Below, one piece after another: positions 7,297 to 7,367 of a stretch of DNA of 7,367 nt. A program made the translations under genes and the position numbers. The DNA lies in assembly GCA_018985225.1 (NCBI GenBank), contig JADGIF010000511.1:1-7367 (forward strand), in the 5' to 3' direction. The stretch is from Amoeboradix gromovi X-113 (lineage: Eukaryota > Fungi > Sanchytriomycota). The number at the start of each line of letters is the position of its first letter. Position 1 is the first letter of the stretch. Below the pieces are notes generated by a model. It was given only the letters and a program-made list of their open reading frames with translations. It ran no database searches and was not told where the DNA came from.

Positions 7297-7367
7297 GTAG
7301 GCTGCAACTTGTCAAATATATCTTGAATCTGATACACAACCTGGTCTACTAACGCAACTTGGAAGGG
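7293..7367 (-). pseudogene. Glutathione S-transferase, upstream part (continues beyond the window), interrupted by the transposon
   Basis: Minus strand 7367->7293 reads PFQVALVDQVVYQIQDIFDKLQPTY, a GST helix-4-like segment. It joins in frame to GEKDEQKK at 954. Confidence 0.88.

Overview
AT-rich window that looks like a microbial eukaryote (inference from Sola-like transposases, a Crinkler/RHS-type protein and possible short GT-AG introns). The main structure is a 6,334-bp terminal-inverted-repeat element at 959-7292 inserted into a glutathione S-transferase (GST) gene. The GST halves (7293-7367 and 658-954, minus strand) rejoin in frame when the element and one copy of a 4-bp target-site duplication (ATAT/ATGT) are removed. 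The element has 24-bp TIRs (GGGACATRCTCTGTAAAAACTAGA, 23/24 identical). It carries a disrupted Sola-like DDD transposase (4801-~6412), an uninterrupted ~575-aa P-loop NTPase + PD-(D/E)xK nuclease gene of Crinkler/RHS (CR) effector-like architecture (2326-4053), a possible second, much more decayed Sola-like remnant on the plus strand (~1165-1866), and several internal copies of the terminal repeat, including a complete ~100-bp MITE-like hairpin unit at the right end. A small coiled-coil ORF lies outside the element at 15-359. All family assignments come from motifs read by eye; no database search was run.
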